NCBI GenBank assembly: GCA_964658025.1
Contig: CAZZXB010000106.1
Coordinates: forward strand, 1 to 10,126
DNA: 10,126 nt
Direction of reading: 5' to 3'
Source: an uncultured Janthinobacterium sp.
GTDB lineage: Bacteria; Vulcanimicrobiota; Vulcanimicrobiia; Vulcanimicrobiales; Vulcanimicrobiaceae
A program made the position numbers and the translations under genes. Below are positions 7,320 to 10,126 of the stretch, piece after piece. The notes under the pieces were generated by a model that did no database searches, was not told where the DNA came from, and was given only the letters and a program-made list of their open reading frames with translations. Numbering within the stretch: position 1 is the first letter of the stretch; each line of letters begins with the position of its first letter.

Positions 7320-8078
7320 CTACGAGAGTTTACGAACGAATTTCGGGGTCGACGTCGGAGCCTTGCTTCCGCCCGCCGGTTCGACGCTCACGGCGACGGC
7401 CGCGATGCCGGTCGCGTGTTCGGGGAGTTCGATGACGGCGACGCCGTTCTCGTCGGGCGAGAACGTGCTGCTCGGCGCGACGGCTTTCGCACCGGCCGCG
7501 AGCGTCCAGGCCTGATACACCTTGCCGGCGGGAAGTGCCGGGAGGGCGACCGCGACGAACACGTGGTCGGCGTTCGTCGCGACGACGCCCTGTGCGACTT
7601 CGTATCGGTGCGCTCCCGGACCGACGAACGCGAGCAGGCGCTCTTGCGCGGCGACGCGCGCCTGTTCGCTCGTCGCGAGACGCGCGATGAAGCTCGATTC
7701 GCGCGCCGTGAGCTTCGCGCGATCGTCGCGGACGGTTCCGTCGTCGAGACCGACGGCGACGGCGACGACGGCGGCCGCGGCCGCGAACGCCCAACCGACC
7801 CAGCCGCGCGCCGGACGTTGCGTCGCGGGCGCGCCCGTCGTGGAACGTACCGATTGCATCACGCGCGCCTTGCGGCGTTGCTCGGCGACGCGATCCGGAT
7901 TCACCGCGGCCGTCGCCGAGAGACCGACGAGGTCGGCCACGGGACGGAGATCGGCGTAGAGCGCGCGGCAACTCTCGCACGTACGCACGTGCGCCGTGAC
8001 GCCCGCGGCTTCCGACGCCGGGAGCACGCCGAGCGCGAGCGCCGCGACCGCGTCGAGCAGCTCTTCGTCGTGCGTCAT
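7320..8078 (-). CDS. Transmembrane anti-sigma factor, RskA family, with N-terminal ZAS zinc site (252 aa)
   Basis: H3...H30xxxC34xxC37 motif, a central TM helix (WVGWAFAAAAAVVAVAVGL), and an RskA-like C-terminus (LPALPAGKVYQAW...AVAVSVEPAGGSKAPT). ATGA overlap with the sigma stop. Confidence 0.9.
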   Translation of the reverse strand: MTHDEELLDAVAALALGVLPASEAAGVTAHVRTCESCRALYADLRPVADLVGLSATAAVNPDRVAEQRRKARVMQSVRSTTGAPATQRPARGWVGWAFAAAAAVVAVAVGLDDGTVRDDRAKLTARESSFIARLATSEQARVAAQERLLAFVGPGAHRYEVAQGVVATNADHVFVAVALPALPAGKVYQAWTLAAGAKAVAPSSTFSPDENGVAVIELPEHATGIAAVAVSVEPAGGSKAPTSTPKFVRKLS

Positions 8079-8608
8079 CGCGCCACGCTCGTCTCGAGCT
8101 GCATGCGGAGCTTGCGTAAGCCCGCGCGAATGCGGGTTTTCACCGTGCCGAGCGGGGTCGCGGTGCGGCGCGCGATCTCTTCGTGCGTCACGCCGCCGAA
8201 AAATCCGAGTTCGATCGGATCGCGCTGCTCCGCCGGAAGCGCGCGCAACGCCACGCGGACGCGTTCGGCGTCGATCTTCGCGAACACCGCGTCGTCTAAC
8301 ACGAGGTCGAGCGGATAATCTTCGGGGATCTCGCCGTCGGATCGCGAGGCGCGGCTACGCAAGACGTCGAGCGCGCGGTTGCGGGCGACGCGCGCGATCC
8401 ACGCGCCGAAATTGCCGCCGGCGAACGCGTCGGGCGAACTCCAGACCTTCAGAAACACGGCCTGCGTGAGATCTTCCGCCGCCATGGCGTCCCCGAGCAT
8501 CTTGAGCGCGATACCGTAGACGAGGCGGTGATGGCCGTCGTATATGGCTTCGAAGGCCGCGACGTCGCGTTCGCGTACCCTCTCCATAAGCCGACTCGTA
8601 TCCACCAC
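8075..8608 (-). CDS. ECF RNA polymerase sigma-70 factor (SigK-like)
   Basis: Region 2: AFEAIYD...AEDLTQAVFLKVW...AWIARVARNRALDVLR. Region 4: LPAEQR...GVTHEEIARRTATPLGTVKTRIRAGLRKLR. The start is uncertain (GTG 8608, GTG 8605 or ATG 8587); 8608 was chosen from the promoter-motif spacing. Confidence 0.93.
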   Translation of the reverse strand: MVDTSRLMERVRERDVAAFEAIYDGHHRLVYGIALKMLGDAMAAEDLTQAVFLKVWSSPDAFAGGNFGAWIARVARNRALDVLRSRASRSDGEIPEDYPLDLVLDDAVFAKIDAERVRVALRALPAEQRDPIELGFFGGVTHEEIARRTATPLGTVKTRIRAGLRKLRMQLETSVAR

Positions 8609-8617
8609 ACGTTTCGA

Positions 8618-8642
8618 TTCGTCCCATCTTCGGAGGGGCCCT
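8618..8642 (-). promoter_or_regulatory. Putative alternative-sigma promoter AGG-N18-CGAA, leaderless geometry
   Basis: Minus strand AGG gcccctccgaagatggga CGAA tcgaaacgt GTG(8608). Confidence 0.55.
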
Positions 8643-8687
8643 CGCCGGACCCCATTACCTCCCAAACGCAACGACGCGTCGTATAGA

Positions 8688-8696
8688 TGTTAGGAT
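8688..8696 (+). promoter_or_regulatory. Possible extended -10 element (TGnTAGGAT), or an AGGA Shine-Dalgarno, for the 8702 gene
   Basis: TGT-TAGGAT ends 5 nt before ATG 8702. The embedded AGGA (8692-8695) could instead be an RBS. Confidence 0.4.
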
Positions 8697-8701
8697 AAGA
8701 T

Positions 8702-9031
8702 ATGCGCTCGATCCCGAAAAAGCGCGATCCCACGTTTCTCCGACTCGCCGCCGTCGCCGCGCTCGGCGGCTTCGGCGCGATCGGCACGTCGATTTTCGTC
8801 ACCGTGATCTCGTGGCACGGCGGCCATCCGACGTCGACGTACATGTTCTTCAGCCTGTGGGGAATCGCGGCGCTCGCGGGCGCCGTGGCGAACGTCGTCG
8901 TGTATTTTCAGAGCGGAGACCCGCCGACGAAGCCGCCGCGCGGCGGCGCGCGCGTCCTTCCGTTCAGAACGCTCGACGTGCTTCCGAATCGAACGCCGGA
9001 GCGTGCCGAAAACGAGCGCAAGGCCGCGTGA
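8702..9031 (+). CDS. Small membrane protein with two TM helices (109 aa)
   Basis: Two hydrophobic segments (FLRLAAVAALGGFGAIGTSIFVTVISW; YMFFSLWGIAALAGAVANVVVYF) and a Pro-rich, charged C-terminal tail. The stop overlaps the sirtuin start (GTGA). Confidence 0.75.
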   Translation: MRSIPKKRDPTFLRLAAVAALGGFGAIGTSIFVTVISWHGGHPTSTYMFFSLWGIAALAGAVANVVVYFQSGDPPTKPPRGGARVLPFRTLDVLPNRTPERAENERKAA

Positions 9032-9753
9032 TCGAGGTCGCCCGTCGGCGCTTGCGCGAAGCGGCGTCGGTGTTCGTGTTGACGGGAGCCGGGATCTCGT
9101 CCGATAGCGGCCTGCCGACGTTTCGAGGCACGAACGGTCTCTGGCGGACGCATCGCGTGGAGACGCTCGCGTCGCCCGCGGGCTTCGCGGACGATCCCGA
9201 GCTCGTCTGGTCCTGGTACCTCGAGCGCCGTGCCGCGCACGCCGCCGCGTCGCCGAATGCCGGGCACGCCGCGCTCGCGTCGTTCGAGCGGCGAGCGCGC
9301 GATTTCACGCTCGCGACGCAGAACGTCGATTCGCTCCACCTCCGCGCCGGATCGTCGCGCGTCCTCGAACTCCACGGCAATCTGCGCGAGGCGCGCTGCG
9401 ACCGTTGCGACGCACGTCGCTCGCTCGACGAGCGCTTCGAGGCGAGCGCGAGCGCGCACGGGTGCGGCGGTCGTTTTCGGCCCGATATCGTGTGGTTCGG
9501 CGAGCCCCTGCCCGCGAGAACGTGGGCCGCAGCGGCGGAAGCGGCCGCGCGTGCCGACGTCGTGCTCGTCGTCGGGACGTCCGCCCGCGTCGAACCCGCG
9601 GCGTCGCTCGCGTCGCGTATCCCGCGCGACGACGCGTTCGTGATCGTCGTCGATCCCGAACCGACCGCACTCGGCGACGCCGATCTGCAGATACGCGGAA
9701 CGGCGGCGCAGGTGCTTCCGGAGTTGCTCGAAACGGCCGCAACGGAGGGATGA
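9028..9753 (+). CDS. cobB: NAD-dependent protein deacylase, Sir2/CobB family (241 aa)
   Basis: Motifs LTGAGISSDSGLPTFRG, PNAGH, TQNVDSLH.RAGS, ELHGNL, CDRC, RPDIVWFGE and VVGTS..V.PAA. GTG start at 9028; the track's 8812 start is a spurious extension. Confidence 0.93.
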   Translation: MIEVARRRLREAASVFVLTGAGISSDSGLPTFRGTNGLWRTHRVETLASPAGFADDPELVWSWYLERRAAHAAASPNAGHAALASFERRARDFTLATQNVDSLHLRAGSSRVLELHGNLREARCDRCDARRSLDERFEASASAHGCGGRFRPDIVWFGEPLPARTWAAAAEAAARADVVLVVGTSARVEPAASLASRIPRDDAFVIVVDPEPTALGDADLQIRGTAAQVLPELLETAATEG

Positions 9754-10126
9754 TGGCGACCGCACAATCCGACGATCTCGCGTTCGTACGAGCGCACGTT
9801 CCCGACTACGCGGCGTACGACGACGAGGACGATCGTCACGCGAGCGATATGCGCGTCCGCGCGTTCGTCGGCGTCGCGCTCACGGAGACGGGCTCGCGCC
9901 TCGGCGATCTCGTCTCGGCCGCCGCGAGAGACGACCTCGAGAAGGCGATCTTCGCGTGCGCCTTCACGGATCAGGTATTCGTCCGCCGCATCGAACACGC
10001 GGTCCTCGACGACGATGCGAAATCCGCACTCGTCGGCTCGGATCGCCGCTTGGTCGAATATGCGGAGCGGGCGAAAGACGTCGGAGCGGACGGGCTTCCC
10101 GCGTTGCTCGCCGACGTCGACGCGCA
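9753..10126 (+). CDS. Hypothetical helical protein (3' partial, runs off the right edge)
   Basis: Translated by hand: MATAQSDDLAFVRAHVPDYAAYDDEDDRHASDMRVRAFVGVALTETGSRLGDLVSAAARDDLEKAIFACAFTDQVFVRRIEHAVLDDDAKSALVGSDRRLVEYAERAKDVGADGLPALLADVDA... It is open to the window end. GGAGG RBS at 9744-9748; tandem ATGs at 9750 and 9753 overlap the sirtuin TGA. Confidence 0.8.
   Translation, partial: MATAQSDDLAFVRAHVPDYAAYDDEDDRHASDMRVRAFVGVALTETGSRLGDLVSAAARDDLEKAIFACAFTDQVFVRRIEHAVLDDDAKSALVGSDRRLVEYAERAKDVGADGLPALLADVDA

Noticed and set aside
8653..8663. GGGAGG followed by ATG on the minus strand upstream of the sigma gene, as an alternative start or frameshifted N-terminus
   Set aside because: The SD-to-ATG spacing is only 2 nt, the ATG is out of frame with the sigma, and the sigma is already complete from about 8608.
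26..9998. Many long overlapping or antisense ORFs (for example 26-763 -, 479-1822 +, 3250-4548 +, 6230-7228 -, 7416-8318 +, 8964-9998 -)
   Set aside because: They are Arg/Ala/Pro-rich, lack motifs and overlap well-supported genes. This is expected from stop-codon scarcity in very GC-rich DNA.
1..10126. CRISPR arrays, tRNA/rRNA genes, IS elements, phage genes or defence systems, including the sirtuin as a Thoeris/DSR-type SIR2 effector
   Set aside because: I saw no regularly spaced repeats, RNA-gene signatures, or transposase/integrase motifs. The sirtuin is a short stand-alone CobB-type enzyme with a zinc module, not a long multidomain defence SIR2 protein.

Overview
This is a very GC-rich, CpG-rich, densely coding bacterial window. 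The style suggests a Terrabacteria lineage such as Eremiobacterota, but that is an unverified impression. I can support 13 CDSs, left to right: a partial secreted LprI/DUF1311-like protein (-, missed by the ORF track); a 6-Cys secreted protein (+); a purple-acid-phosphatase-type metallophosphoesterase (-); an S9 prolyl oligopeptidase-family peptidase (-); a hypothetical protein (+); a coupled panB-peptidase E pair (+); an ECF sigma / ZAS-RskA anti-sigma / GNAT operon (-); and a divergent operon of a 2-TM protein, a CobB-type sirtuin and a partial hypothetical protein (+). I see no RNA genes, mobile elements or CRISPR arrays. The most striking non-coding signal is a bipartite motif, AGG-N18-CG(A/T)A, found exactly or nearly upstream of 6 of the 8 operon-leading genes. 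In 5 of these it ends 9-10 nt before the start codon, which suggests an alternative-sigma promoter class driving mostly leaderless mRNAs.
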